This document shows, in pieces, positions 25,601-35,001 of a stretch of DNA of 57,430 nucleotides. The notes beneath the pieces were generated by a model that was given only the letters and a program-made list of their open reading frames with translations, made no database searches and was not told the DNA's origin. The stretch is taken from IMG/VR virus record IMGVR_UViG_3300045988_128708; one strand, written 5' to 3'. Source of the stretch: a virus. The translations under genes and the position numbers were made by a program. Within the stretch, counting starts at the first letter, position 1; each line of letters begins with the position of its first letter.

Positions 25601-25903
25601 ATGAAAAAGACAAAAATCAAGGTTGGCGACAAGGAGTTCCCTTGCCGTGTGACCATGGGCGCAATGGTGCGCTTCAAGAATGAGAGCGGTAAGGACGTGA
25701 GCAAGCTGGAGAAAACCAATATCTCCGAGCTGGTACTGTTTGTTTACTGCTGCGTGAAAAGTGCGTGCAATGCTGACAAGGTGGAGTTTGACTACGACTT
25801 CCAGAGCTTTGCTGACCTTATGGAGCCCGACGCAGCGAACTCCTTCTACGAGGATATGGGCGGTGAAGAAAAAAAAACGACCAACCAGGCGGAAAAGAAG
25901 TAA
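25601..25903 (+). CDS. Tail assembly chaperone (G-like)
   Basis: 100 aa immediately upstream of the tape measure module. Contains an A AAA AAA slippery site near its 3' end. Confidence 0.6.
   Translation: MKKTKIKVGDKEFPCRVTMGAMVRFKNESGKDVSKLEKTNISELVLFVYCCVKSACNADKVEFDYDFQSFADLMEPDAANSFYEDMGGEEKKTTNQAEKK
25870..25876 (+). other. Candidate -1 programmed ribosomal frameshift heptamer A AAA AAA
   Basis: Zero-frame codons are gaa aaa aaa acg. The -1 frame is open from 25876 to the stop at 26223, which is the frame of ORF 25918..26223. Confidence 0.6.
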
Positions 25904-25917
25904 GCGTCGAGGAACTG

Positions 25918-26223
25918 TTGGGTATGGCATTGGGGTGCATCGGGATGAGCAGAGAAGACTTTGAACGATGTACCCCTTTTGAGTTTTACAAGGCATGGGA
26001 GCGATGGGCGGAAGCCAAGCGCGATGCGGAGCGCAACGAGTGGGAACGCACAAGAGTGTTGGCGCTCTTTGCCATCCAACCCTATGCAAAAAGCAATCTT
26101 CAAGCGCATGACGTTCTACCGTTCCCTTGGGATGAAAAGCAGGAAGAAAAGCGTGAGGAGGTGAGCAAGGACGAGTTCAATGCACGCTTTGAGGCAGCCA
26201 AGAAACGTTACGGACTGAAATAA
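25918..26223 (+). CDS. Tail assembly chaperone T-part, probably expressed as a G-T fusion by -1 frameshift
   Basis: The tracked ORF starts at a TTG. The frame is continuous with the -1 frame of the upstream gene. It ends 9 nt before the tape measure ATG. Confidence 0.5.
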   Translation: MGMALGCIGMSREDFERCTPFEFYKAWERWAEAKRDAERNEWERTRVLALFAIQPYAKSNLQAHDVLPFPWDEKQEEKREEVSKDEFNARFEAAKKRYGLK

Positions 26224-26232
26224 GAAAAGACA

Positions 26233-29200
26233 ATGGCAAAAGCAGTAGAATTTAGAATAAACATCAAGAGCGAGGACGGCGGTGTTCTGAAACGTCTGAC
26301 AGTGGAAGCCGACGGTCTTGACGACATACTCTCCGAGGTGGGGAATACCGCTGTGGCCACTGGCAACAGACTGCGCGAGATGGCAGACAAGAGCCTCGTG
26401 TTCGATACAGCCGTCCGCTCGATCCGCGACCTCAGCGACATGGTGGGCGGACTTGCCGAGCCTTTCGACAGTTTTGAGACCGCCATGCGCAGTGCCAACA
26501 CCATGGCAGGAAAGAGTGGGGACGAGTTTGAAGCACTGACTGGTCAGATAACGGAACTGAGCAAGAACATACCGCTTGCGCGTGAGGAACTTGCCAACGG
26601 CTTATACCAGGTTATATCCAATGGCGTGCCCGAGGATAACTGGATAGAGTTCCTCAACAAATCAAGCCGTAGTGCGGTTGGTGGTATTGCGGACTTGGGA
26701 GAGACGGTGACCGTTACTTCCACGCTCATCAAGAACTATGGTCTGGAATGGGATCAAGCAGGAAACATCCAAGACAAGATACAGATGACGGCCAAGAATG
26801 GTGTGACCAGCTTTGAGCAGTTGGCGCAGGCATTGCCCCGTGTGAGTGGTAGTGCATCTCAGCTTGGTGTCTCCATGGACGAACTGATGGCAGTGTTCGC
26901 CACTACAACGGGTGTGACTGGTGACACGGCGGAAGTATCCACTCAGTTGGCTGCCGTGCTCAACTCACTCATCAAGCCATCTGCGGAAGCTACGAAAGCG
27001 GCCAACGAGATGGGCATCGGTTTTAATGCAGCCAGTATTCAGGCTGCTGGTGGTTTAGAGAACTTCCTGCTCGGTTTGGATGCAAGCATACAGGAGTATT
27101 CGGCAAAGACCGGACAGTTGAGTCAAACCATTTATGGACAGTTGTTCGGCAGTGCAGACGCAATGCGACTACTCGGTTCGCTGACTGGCGAACAAAAGGA
27201 AAAGTTTTCGCAGAACATTGGAGCGATGGCAAACTCCGCAGGAGAGATAGACGCAGCCTTCGACAATATGGCATCGACTGGAGAGAGCCTACGTCAGACG
27301 CTCGCTAACCAAATGCACGCCATGATGGATTGGGCAGGCTCAATAGCCAGTACTTCCGCACCTTATGTGGAATGGATAGCTAATAGCGGCATCGCCCTCA
27401 TGAGTATGGTGCAGCTCAGCGGCGGCATCAAAACTGTGGTGGCAGGACTGAAAGCTGTGAAGGTGGCCACGCTTGCGCAAGCAGCTGCAGCAAAGGTGGT
27501 GGCTGTCGCATCCAACATTTGGAAGGTGGCACAGATAGCCCTGAACTTTGTGCTCAGTGCCAACCCCATCGGTATTGTCGTGATGGCTATAGCGGCACTT
27601 GTGGGTGCATTGATAGCGGCGTACAATAACTGTGAGACCTTTCGCAATATCTGTGATGCTGTATGGGCAGCGGTGAAGAAAATTGCATCAGCCGTATGGG
27701 ACTTTCTTGTCAAGGCATTCGAAAAAGCGAGTGCCGTGATAAAGAAGGCATGGGAATGGGTGAAGAAGTTCTTCGGCATAAAGGACGAGACCACAGCAAG
27801 GCAGACGGCAGATTTGGAGAAAAACACAAAGGCCACGCAAGCGAACACCAAGGCAAAGACTGCGAACGCCCAGACCGCCTTGAAGAACAATAAGAAACAG
27901 AACGCCCCCTCGACAGACAGCGGAAACGGCAGTGGTAAATCGGGGAACCAGGACAAATACAGCGGAAAGAAGCTTATCGCCAATGCCACGAGTTACAAGG
28001 AACTTGGCAACAACATCCAGTACTACCAGAACAAACTGGAAACTGCCAACGGAACGGACACCAAGACCATTGCGCTTTATGCAAAGAAAATCGCAGCCTT
28101 GCAAAAGCAGCAGGATGCGATAACGCAGTTGCAGGATGCGGCAAGCCGTCCCACCGAACTGAAAACCCTGAAGGACATCGATGCAGAAATCACTTATCAA
28201 CAGGGATTGAGGGAGAAAGCCTCTGCCGATGAACTTGCAGTAATCGATGCTGAAATACAGCGTTTGAATGACCTTAAAATGGCGTTTGAACGCAGTTCGC
28301 ATGTTGATGTCGGTTTAGACAAGATACAGACATACCGCCAGCTTGAAAAAGAGCTGCAGTATTATACAGACTTGTTGAAAACCGCTACAGAGACAGAGCG
28401 CATCGAGATACAGAAGCAGATAAATGCCCTTAACGACCTGAAGAAGAAATGGGACGATACTCTTGATGAACTGAAGAAGCCGGAGGACATCTCCCGACTG
28501 AACACCATCCGTTCGCTGGATGATGCCATCAGCTACTACCAGACCAAGCAGAAGAACGCCAGCGCATCGGAGATTGACGACATACAGCGCACGGTGTTGG
28601 AACTGGAGAAGAAACGCGATGCCATGAAGCAACTCACGCGCATTCCCGAAATGGAGAAAGAAGTGGCGAAGCTCGACAGTATGGAGGGCAAGACGCTGAC
28701 CCTCGAACTGAAAACCATTGGGTTTGATGGTGTAAAGAAACGCATCAAGGAACTCCAGGATATGTTGGCTGACACGAAAAGTCCTATGGACGAGTCGCAG
28801 CGAGCCTCCATACAGAAGCTCATCGGCAGTTACGAGGATTACGAGAAGCGCATCCGCAAAAGCAATGTCACGTTAGGTAAGTCGTGGAGCACGGTCAAGG
28901 GTGTGGGCAATGGTGTCTCCTCGCTCACTGATGCGCTGCAAGGCAACCGTGACGCATGGTCCACGATTACTGGCGTTGTCGATGCTGCCATTCAGATATA
29001 TGAGGGCATCAACGGCATCATTTCAATTATTCAGGCCTTGACCGCCGTAACAGGTGTCTCCAACACTGTGACCGCTGCAAGTGGAGTGGCTGCGACCACA
29101 GCTGCTACGGCAAAAGTAGCGGCAGCCCCTGGAGAGGTGGCGGCATCGGTAGCTACGATGGCGGCAGTAAAGGCAGAGGCGATGGCGTACCGCGAACTTG

Positions 29201-29547
29201 CAGCTTCAGAGTTTATGGCTGCACACGCTTACATTCCGTTTGCTGGTGCTGGCATCGCAGCTGGATTTATAGCCATGATGCAAGGGCTTGTTGCTTCGGT
29301 TGCCGTGACACCATTCGCCAACGGCGGTATTGTGTATGGCCCGACCTTGGCGCTGATGGGCGAGTATGCTGGAGCGAAAAGCAACCCGGAGGTGATAGCA
29401 CCGCTGAACAAATTGAAGTCGCTTATCGGTAATAATGGCAGCGGAGGTGGCGGCGTGTACGAGCTGAAGGTTAAAGGCAGAGACCTTGTGGCGGTGCTTG
29501 CCAACGAGACGAGAATAAACAGAAAAGGAACAAACATCAAAATATAA
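26233..29547 (+). CDS. Tail tape measure protein
   Basis: 1104 aa. Helical, Ala-rich, with central hydrophobic segments (IGIVVMAIAALVGALIAAY) and long coiled coils. Canonical position after the chaperones. Confidence 0.85.
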   Translation: MAKAVEFRINIKSEDGGVLKRLTVEADGLDDILSEVGNTAVATGNRLREMADKSLVFDTAVRSIRDLSDMVGGLAEPFDSFETAMRSANTMAGKSGDEFEALTGQITELSKNIPLAREELANGLYQVISNGVPEDNWIEFLNKSSRSAVGGIADLGETVTVTSTLIKNYGLEWDQAGNIQDKIQMTAKNGVTSFEQLAQALPRVSGSASQLGVSMDELMAVFATTTGVTGDTAEVSTQLAAVLNSLIKPSAEATKAANEMGIGFNAASIQAAGGLENFLLGLDASIQEYSAKTGQLSQTIYGQLFGSADAMRLLGSLTGEQKEKFSQNIGAMANSAGEIDAAFDNMASTGESLRQTLANQMHAMMDWAGSIASTSAPYVEWIANSGIALMSMVQLSGGIKTVVAGLKAVKVATLAQAAAAKVVAVASNIWKVAQIALNFVLSANPIGIVVMAIAALVGALIAAYNNCETFRNICDAVWAAVKKIASAVWDFLVKAFEKASAVIKKAWEWVKKFFGIKDETTARQTADLEKNTKATQANTKAKTANAQTALKNNKKQNAPSTDSGNGSGKSGNQDKYSGKKLIANATSYKELGNNIQYYQNKLETANGTDTKTIALYAKKIAALQKQQDAITQLQDAASRPTELKTLKDIDAEITYQQGLREKASADELAVIDAEIQRLNDLKMAFERSSHVDVGLDKIQTYRQLEKELQYYTDLLKTATETERIEIQKQINALNDLKKKWDDTLDELKKPEDISRLNTIRSLDDAISYYQTKQKNASASEIDDIQRTVLELEKKRDAMKQLTRIPEMEKEVAKLDSMEGKTLTLELKTIGFDGVKKRIKELQDMLADTKSPMDESQRASIQKLIGSYEDYEKRIRKSNVTLGKSWSTVKGVGNGVSSLTDALQGNRDAWSTITGVVDAAIQIYEGINGIISIIQALTAVTGVSNTVTAASGVAATTAATAKVAAAPGEVAASVATMAAVKAEAMAYRELAASEFMAAHAYIPFAGAGIAAGFIAMMQGLVASVAVTPFANGGIVYGPTLALMGEYAGAKSNPEVIAPLNKLKSLIGNNGSGGGGVYELKVKGRDLVAVLANETRINRKGTNIKI

Positions 29548-29552
29548 GGAGC

Positions 29553-32240
29553 ATGTATCTGCACGGACATTTTTACAACCAAAGGGAAGAGCGCATCGAG
29601 GTGCATATACTGACTGGTGGTGACCGTACTAAGGAAACTGTCATTGGTGAGAAGAATGGGGAACTGTCGTTTACTGATGATCCAGTGGAACTGACGAGTC
29701 AAGTGAACGATACGTTTGACCACTTGCTCTGCCAGCAGGCTACTGTACGCCTTCTGGCGCGGAACTTCGTGCCGGACTTCTTTTGTGCCTCATGCCGTGA
29801 CGCTGTGGTGAACATCTACCGTGAGGGGGAATGTCTCTTTGCCGGATTTATCGAACCGCAGAGCTATTCGCAGGGCTACAACGAGGAGTTTGACGAGATA
29901 GAGTTGAGCTGCATCGATGCGCTGACGGCATTGCAATATGCTAAATATCGTGATGTCGGCTCGCTCGGTGTACTGTATAATGTAGTAAAGGCGGAGGCGG
30001 AACAGCGCACATTCTTGGCGATGCTGAAAGAGATATTGGGCGGAGTGACGGCTGAGCTTGACATCGTGGGTGGTAATGCCATGCGCTACCTATACGATGG
30101 GAGTAAGGCTGTGGATGATTTGGCTGGTAACCATTATGCGATATTCGGGCAGCTGACGGTGAGCGAGTTGCTTTTTCTTGGTGATGAGGAGGATGACGTA
30201 TGGCAGCAGGATGAGGTGTTGGAGGAGATACTGAAGTACCTAAACCTCCACATCGTGCAGGATGGGTTCACGTTTTATCTGTTCTCCTGGGAGAGCGTGA
30301 AGGGCGACGAACGCATCTACTGGCGAGATTTGCTGACTGGCGCAAGCGTGACGACGGCCCGGCAGACAACGGACATCGTGACTGGTTTGGTGACAGACAC
30401 GGATACGACGATAAGCGTAGGGGAGGTGTACAATAAAATTATGCTGACTGCCAAGGTGGAGAGTATGGAGAGTGTGATAGAGAGTCCGCTTGACAACGAT
30501 CTTCTGAAAAGTCCCTTCAGCAACAAGCAGAAGTACATGACGGAATACAGCAGTGACGGTGAGGGTTCGAAAGCAATAAATGCCTTTGACGCAATGACTC
30601 ACGGACAGGAAACCTCCTATAGTGGTGGTTGTGTAACTGACTGGTATGTGCAGATGATGAACAACAGTCAGTGGCTGTTCCCAAAGAGCGGGAGCGGTAA
30701 CCTGATGGAGGAATACTGCAGTGAAGGGCGAAACCAACATATACTGCCGAACTGGTTGGCGAAGAACCAGGGTGCTGCCATCATGGCGCTTGGTAAGGTG
30801 GAAAAGAAAACGGACGGAAAGGACAACTCTCCGACATCGAAAGTGGAAATGACGAACTACCTGGTAGTGAGTGTGAACGGCAACTGTGACGACAAGGAGG
30901 CAACTACCTATCCTAATACCAACTCGCTAAAGGCAGGCATACCGAGGGCAGTGTATAACGGTAGCATGACTGGTGGTGTCTTTTCCCCTACAGACGAGGG
31001 CACGACGAACTACATCGTGTTGAGCGGAAAACTGGTGCTGAACCCAGTGATGGCATTGACGGACACATACAAAGCAATATACAACTATGACGGTGGAATA
31101 TGGGGAAACAACCCACTGTTTTCAGGTATCAAAAAATGGTTGGGCATGACGGTACCGAGCCGAAACAACGGTGACGGGCGATACTACACGCAGCAGTGGT
31201 GGAAGGCGGCAACGCCTAACGAGACCGTGGTATGGGATATGGAAACGGCGCACGGCTTTGTTCCGTTCACAGATACCGGTCCTCAGTTGTATGAGTTCAA
31301 GTATAGTGCCATCGGAGACGGCAGCGACCATATATCAAAGGTGGGTATGCTGGCATGTATGCTGATAATAGGAGATAAGTGCGTTGTGGAAAAAGGCACG
31401 GAAGGACAGGTGACGGACTTCGAATGGCGGAAGTACAAAACGCTGGAGGAGTGTTCCAATGAGGACGAATACTACCAGCAGTGTTTTACGATAGGTTTTG
31501 ACCCGAAAATCGGTGACAAGATAGTTGGTACCAAGTTCGATTTGCAAAACAACGTGAACTATGAGCTCGGCATCGATGCAGAGGGTATAGCGATACCAAT
31601 CAAGAAGGCAGATAAAGTGAGCGGTAGGGTTAAGTTTATGATCCTGGGACCAGTGAACGCATTGTGGGACGTGGTGACGAGACGGCACAAGACGTGGTTC
31701 AGACACACGAAATGGAACAGTACAACGATACCACTGCTGGCACACGTGAGCAGCATCATGGTGGAGCAGTTTGAAGTGAAGATATATAGCGACAACGGAC
31801 TGGTGAACAACACTGGTGATAACGACCTCGTTTACATGAGCGACACAAAGGAGAGTTTTGTGAACGTGAAGGATGACATCGAAATGAAGATAAACTCAGC
31901 ACTGACAGCTGCGGAGTGCCAGGCTTTGGACGTGACGGACAGCGTGAAGATGAGCACCCCATTGAACACGCTGACAGGAGAGGGACTGTTGGCGGTATAT
32001 GACTATTCGAGGGGTATGAGCGCTAAGCCTGAGCAGTTGTATGTGGACTACTATTACAAAGAGTGGCATGCACCAAGGGTTGTTATGACGCAGAAGTTGA
32101 CGGATACAGATGGTGGCATCGTGAGTTTGTTCGCTCACTATCGCCATCCCATGATGGATAAAACCTTCTTCGTGCAGGGCATCAGTCGCAACCTTGAGGA
32201 AGGATATGCAGAAATGACACTTAAGGAGATTGAGCAATGA
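29553..32240 (+). CDS. Distal tail / baseplate-hub structural protein
   Basis: 895 aa directly after the tape measure. ATGA-coupled to the next gene. Confidence 0.55.
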   Translation: MYLHGHFYNQREERIEVHILTGGDRTKETVIGEKNGELSFTDDPVELTSQVNDTFDHLLCQQATVRLLARNFVPDFFCASCRDAVVNIYREGECLFAGFIEPQSYSQGYNEEFDEIELSCIDALTALQYAKYRDVGSLGVLYNVVKAEAEQRTFLAMLKEILGGVTAELDIVGGNAMRYLYDGSKAVDDLAGNHYAIFGQLTVSELLFLGDEEDDVWQQDEVLEEILKYLNLHIVQDGFTFYLFSWESVKGDERIYWRDLLTGASVTTARQTTDIVTGLVTDTDTTISVGEVYNKIMLTAKVESMESVIESPLDNDLLKSPFSNKQKYMTEYSSDGEGSKAINAFDAMTHGQETSYSGGCVTDWYVQMMNNSQWLFPKSGSGNLMEEYCSEGRNQHILPNWLAKNQGAAIMALGKVEKKTDGKDNSPTSKVEMTNYLVVSVNGNCDDKEATTYPNTNSLKAGIPRAVYNGSMTGGVFSPTDEGTTNYIVLSGKLVLNPVMALTDTYKAIYNYDGGIWGNNPLFSGIKKWLGMTVPSRNNGDGRYYTQQWWKAATPNETVVWDMETAHGFVPFTDTGPQLYEFKYSAIGDGSDHISKVGMLACMLIIGDKCVVEKGTEGQVTDFEWRKYKTLEECSNEDEYYQQCFTIGFDPKIGDKIVGTKFDLQNNVNYELGIDAEGIAIPIKKADKVSGRVKFMILGPVNALWDVVTRRHKTWFRHTKWNSTTIPLLAHVSSIMVEQFEVKIYSDNGLVNNTGDNDLVYMSDTKESFVNVKDDIEMKINSALTAAECQALDVTDSVKMSTPLNTLTGEGLLAVYDYSRGMSAKPEQLYVDYYYKEWHAPRVVMTQKLTDTDGGIVSLFAHYRHPMMDKTFFVQGISRNLEEGYAEMTLKEIEQ

Positions 32241-34984
32241 TAGACATCAAGGTAATAAAGAAACCAAAGAACGAGGGCAGTACGTCGGCACTGAGAACGA
32301 GCGGCACCGCTTACGGCGGCATGGCTGTGAAGGAGGCTGCGCATGCGGCCAAGGCAGACATCGCAGAACTGGCAAAGGAAGCAGTCCATGCCACGGACAG
32401 CGATCATGCGGTGGAAGCAGACCACTCAAAGGAGGCAGACCATGCTGTGAACGCAGATGAGTCGAAACATGCACTGGAGGCGGACCACGCCGAGGAAGCA
32501 GACAATGCAGACAAGTGGGATTACCATGAGTTTGATGATTATCTGAATCAGCCAGTGAGAAAGACTGATGGTGTGACCTTTGACTCCGTGACCTCGGACA
32601 GCATAAGGAGCGCTGGGCAGTTTGTGGACGGACTGCTGGGCGCAGGGTTTCAACTGTGGAAAGGGGAGGATGGGCGCACCTACCTGACGGTGGATAAACT
32701 GACGGTGAGGCATACGATGGCCGTGTTGGAGTTGCTCATCGAGAAGGTGAGGAGCGTGGGCGGTCAGATATGTGTGAGTGCGGCCAACGGGCGCATCAAG
32801 ACCGTGGAGGAATCGGGCGAGCACTATCTTATCACCTTCGAGCAGGAGAATATGTTTGTACAGCACGACCTGGTGCGCTGTCAGACATTCACGGGCAAGG
32901 ACATGCGGAGCTACTGGGTGGAAGTGGACGATGTTACGGAGATCGGTATCGTGGTGGCGAAGGAGGAGTTTGAGGGCGTGGAACCGAAGGAGGGCGACGA
33001 GTGCGTGCTGATGGGTAACACGGCGAACACCGACCGCCAGAATATTGTGCTCATATCGGCAACCGAGGACGGACAGCCGAGAGTGGATGTGATGGACGGC
33101 GTGAGTGGCAAGACCTTTGACAACGCTTTGCGTGCAAGGCTCGGCAACCTGGACGGCATCAAGGACGACAAATTTCCGGCAGACCGCCAACCACGGGGCA
33201 ACGGCCTATATGCAGACAACGCCTATATGAAGGGAACCTTCGTGTTGGAGACAGGCGAGGACGTGAAGACTCGGTTTGAGATAACGGAGGGCAAGGTGCA
33301 GAGCGCGATTGACAGCGTGAGGAACGATTTTCTAAGCGAGAAGGGGTATCTGAACAACCCGACGTTTGCATCTGGACTGGAGAAGTGGAACTCGGAGAAT
33401 GAGACGGTGTTCTTCCTCGTCGGCAACAAATGGGTGTGGGCCAACGGCGCAGCACTATCGAAGAAGGGTGACGGCGCGAGCGTGGTGACAGACATGGGAC
33501 GCAAGGTGGTGCGGATTCGCAACAAGTATATCCGTCAGAAGCATGAGAATCTACGCTTTGTGCCGACATTTCCGACGAACGGCGACGGGAAGAAGGAAGC
33601 CTTGCCAGTGTATCTGAGCTTCTTTTATCGCTGCGCAAAGGCAGGCACGCTGAAGATTGGTTTTGAGAATGTTGACAAGACGGGCTTTGCGGACTTCAAC
33701 AGTATGGAGGTAAGCGAGGAAATCGCTGCTACCGGCGGCTATGTGCAATACACCTGCAGCGGACTGTGGAACGGCACGGGCGACTTCAAACTGACGTTTG
33801 ACGGAGACATCTATCTTTATATGTTGGTGTTGAGCACGGATAAGATAGAGGCGCTGACGTACAAGTACAAAACGCTGTTCGAGCAGTCGGAGCGACTGGT
33901 GAAAATATCGGCAGCTGTGTATGACAAGGATGAACGGGCGCTACAAGAGACGGGGCTGATGATACAACCTGAAGGTACGGGTATCTATATTAAGGATGCA
34001 AACGGCAAACTGGCTCTGATAGGTGTGGGCGTGGAGGAAACGGATGCCGAGGGAAATAAGAAAACCGTCATCAAGCTGACGGCGGACAATATCAAGCTGG
34101 AGGGACTGGTGACGGCCAACGGCTATTTCAAGGTAAAGGAAGACGGCAGCATCGAGGCTGTTAATGGAACATTCCGAGGCCATGTGTACGCTGAGGGTGG
34201 AGCCATTGGTGGTTTCAGCATAGGAAATGGGCATATAGGTGGTGCAGATGTAATCTATAACGAAGATGGCACAATAGAGGTAAAGGATACTGAAAACGGC
34301 CTGTTCTTGTATGATGACATGATAGGGTTCAACGACAAGGGACGGCAAGCCATCTTCGGCACATGGAACAACTATGGACAACCTATGCTATGCCGGTTGG
34401 TGGATACAGCCACTGATTACAACTTCGATTTTGGCATATCTCCGAAGTATGGCATCGTGTTCGACATAGAAAACTCCATGAACGGGAACTTCGCCTTTGC
34501 GGGTAAAGGTTCGGGCGTGCTGAACGGAGCTATGGACGGCTATGCATACAAAAAGATAGCCCTTGACAAGGCGAACACGGTGTTTGTCGGCTATATGGAC
34601 CTGCAGGCTGCGAACCGCTTCATCGTTAAGGCGACACAAAGCTCTGCCGTTGTGGCACTGCCCAAGATAGGGCAAGTGAGGGATGGTTTGGCCATTGGAA
34701 AGAACACCCCATTCTGCATGAGAATAACTATCATCGCCGACATAGGGTCGAGCAACTACAAGGTGTGTGGACGCTATAGCCAGCAGGACAGCAAAAAGGA
34801 ATATCCTTGGAACACCGAGGAACTGCCAGTGATGGTACATTGGGATGGCGGACACTACGAGACTCTGGATATGGGCAAGGGTGATACGCTTGAGGTGCTA
34901 CTGGTATATGACCCAGACAGCACCGAGACGCTGAACGGCTGGCCTACGAAATATACGGCAAGAATCATCAATAAACAATCATAA
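32237..34984 (+). CDS. Tail fibre / tail-associated structural protein with N-terminal xEADHx repeats
   Basis: 915 aa. Repeats: HAVEADHSKEADHAVNADESKHALEADHAEEADNADKW. Confidence 0.55.
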   Translation: MIDIKVIKKPKNEGSTSALRTSGTAYGGMAVKEAAHAAKADIAELAKEAVHATDSDHAVEADHSKEADHAVNADESKHALEADHAEEADNADKWDYHEFDDYLNQPVRKTDGVTFDSVTSDSIRSAGQFVDGLLGAGFQLWKGEDGRTYLTVDKLTVRHTMAVLELLIEKVRSVGGQICVSAANGRIKTVEESGEHYLITFEQENMFVQHDLVRCQTFTGKDMRSYWVEVDDVTEIGIVVAKEEFEGVEPKEGDECVLMGNTANTDRQNIVLISATEDGQPRVDVMDGVSGKTFDNALRARLGNLDGIKDDKFPADRQPRGNGLYADNAYMKGTFVLETGEDVKTRFEITEGKVQSAIDSVRNDFLSEKGYLNNPTFASGLEKWNSENETVFFLVGNKWVWANGAALSKKGDGASVVTDMGRKVVRIRNKYIRQKHENLRFVPTFPTNGDGKKEALPVYLSFFYRCAKAGTLKIGFENVDKTGFADFNSMEVSEEIAATGGYVQYTCSGLWNGTGDFKLTFDGDIYLYMLVLSTDKIEALTYKYKTLFEQSERLVKISAAVYDKDERALQETGLMIQPEGTGIYIKDANGKLALIGVGVEETDAEGNKKTVIKLTADNIKLEGLVTANGYFKVKEDGSIEAVNGTFRGHVYAEGGAIGGFSIGNGHIGGADVIYNEDGTIEVKDTENGLFLYDDMIGFNDKGRQAIFGTWNNYGQPMLCRLVDTATDYNFDFGISPKYGIVFDIENSMNGNFAFAGKGSGVLNGAMDGYAYKKIALDKANTVFVGYMDLQAANRFIVKATQSSAVVALPKIGQVRDGLAIGKNTPFCMRITIIADIGSSNYKVCGRYSQQDSKKEYPWNTEELPVMVHWDGGHYETLDMGKGDTLEVLLVYDPDSTETLNGWPTKYTARIINKQS

Positions 34985-35001
34985 CAAAAAAATATACGAC
35001 T

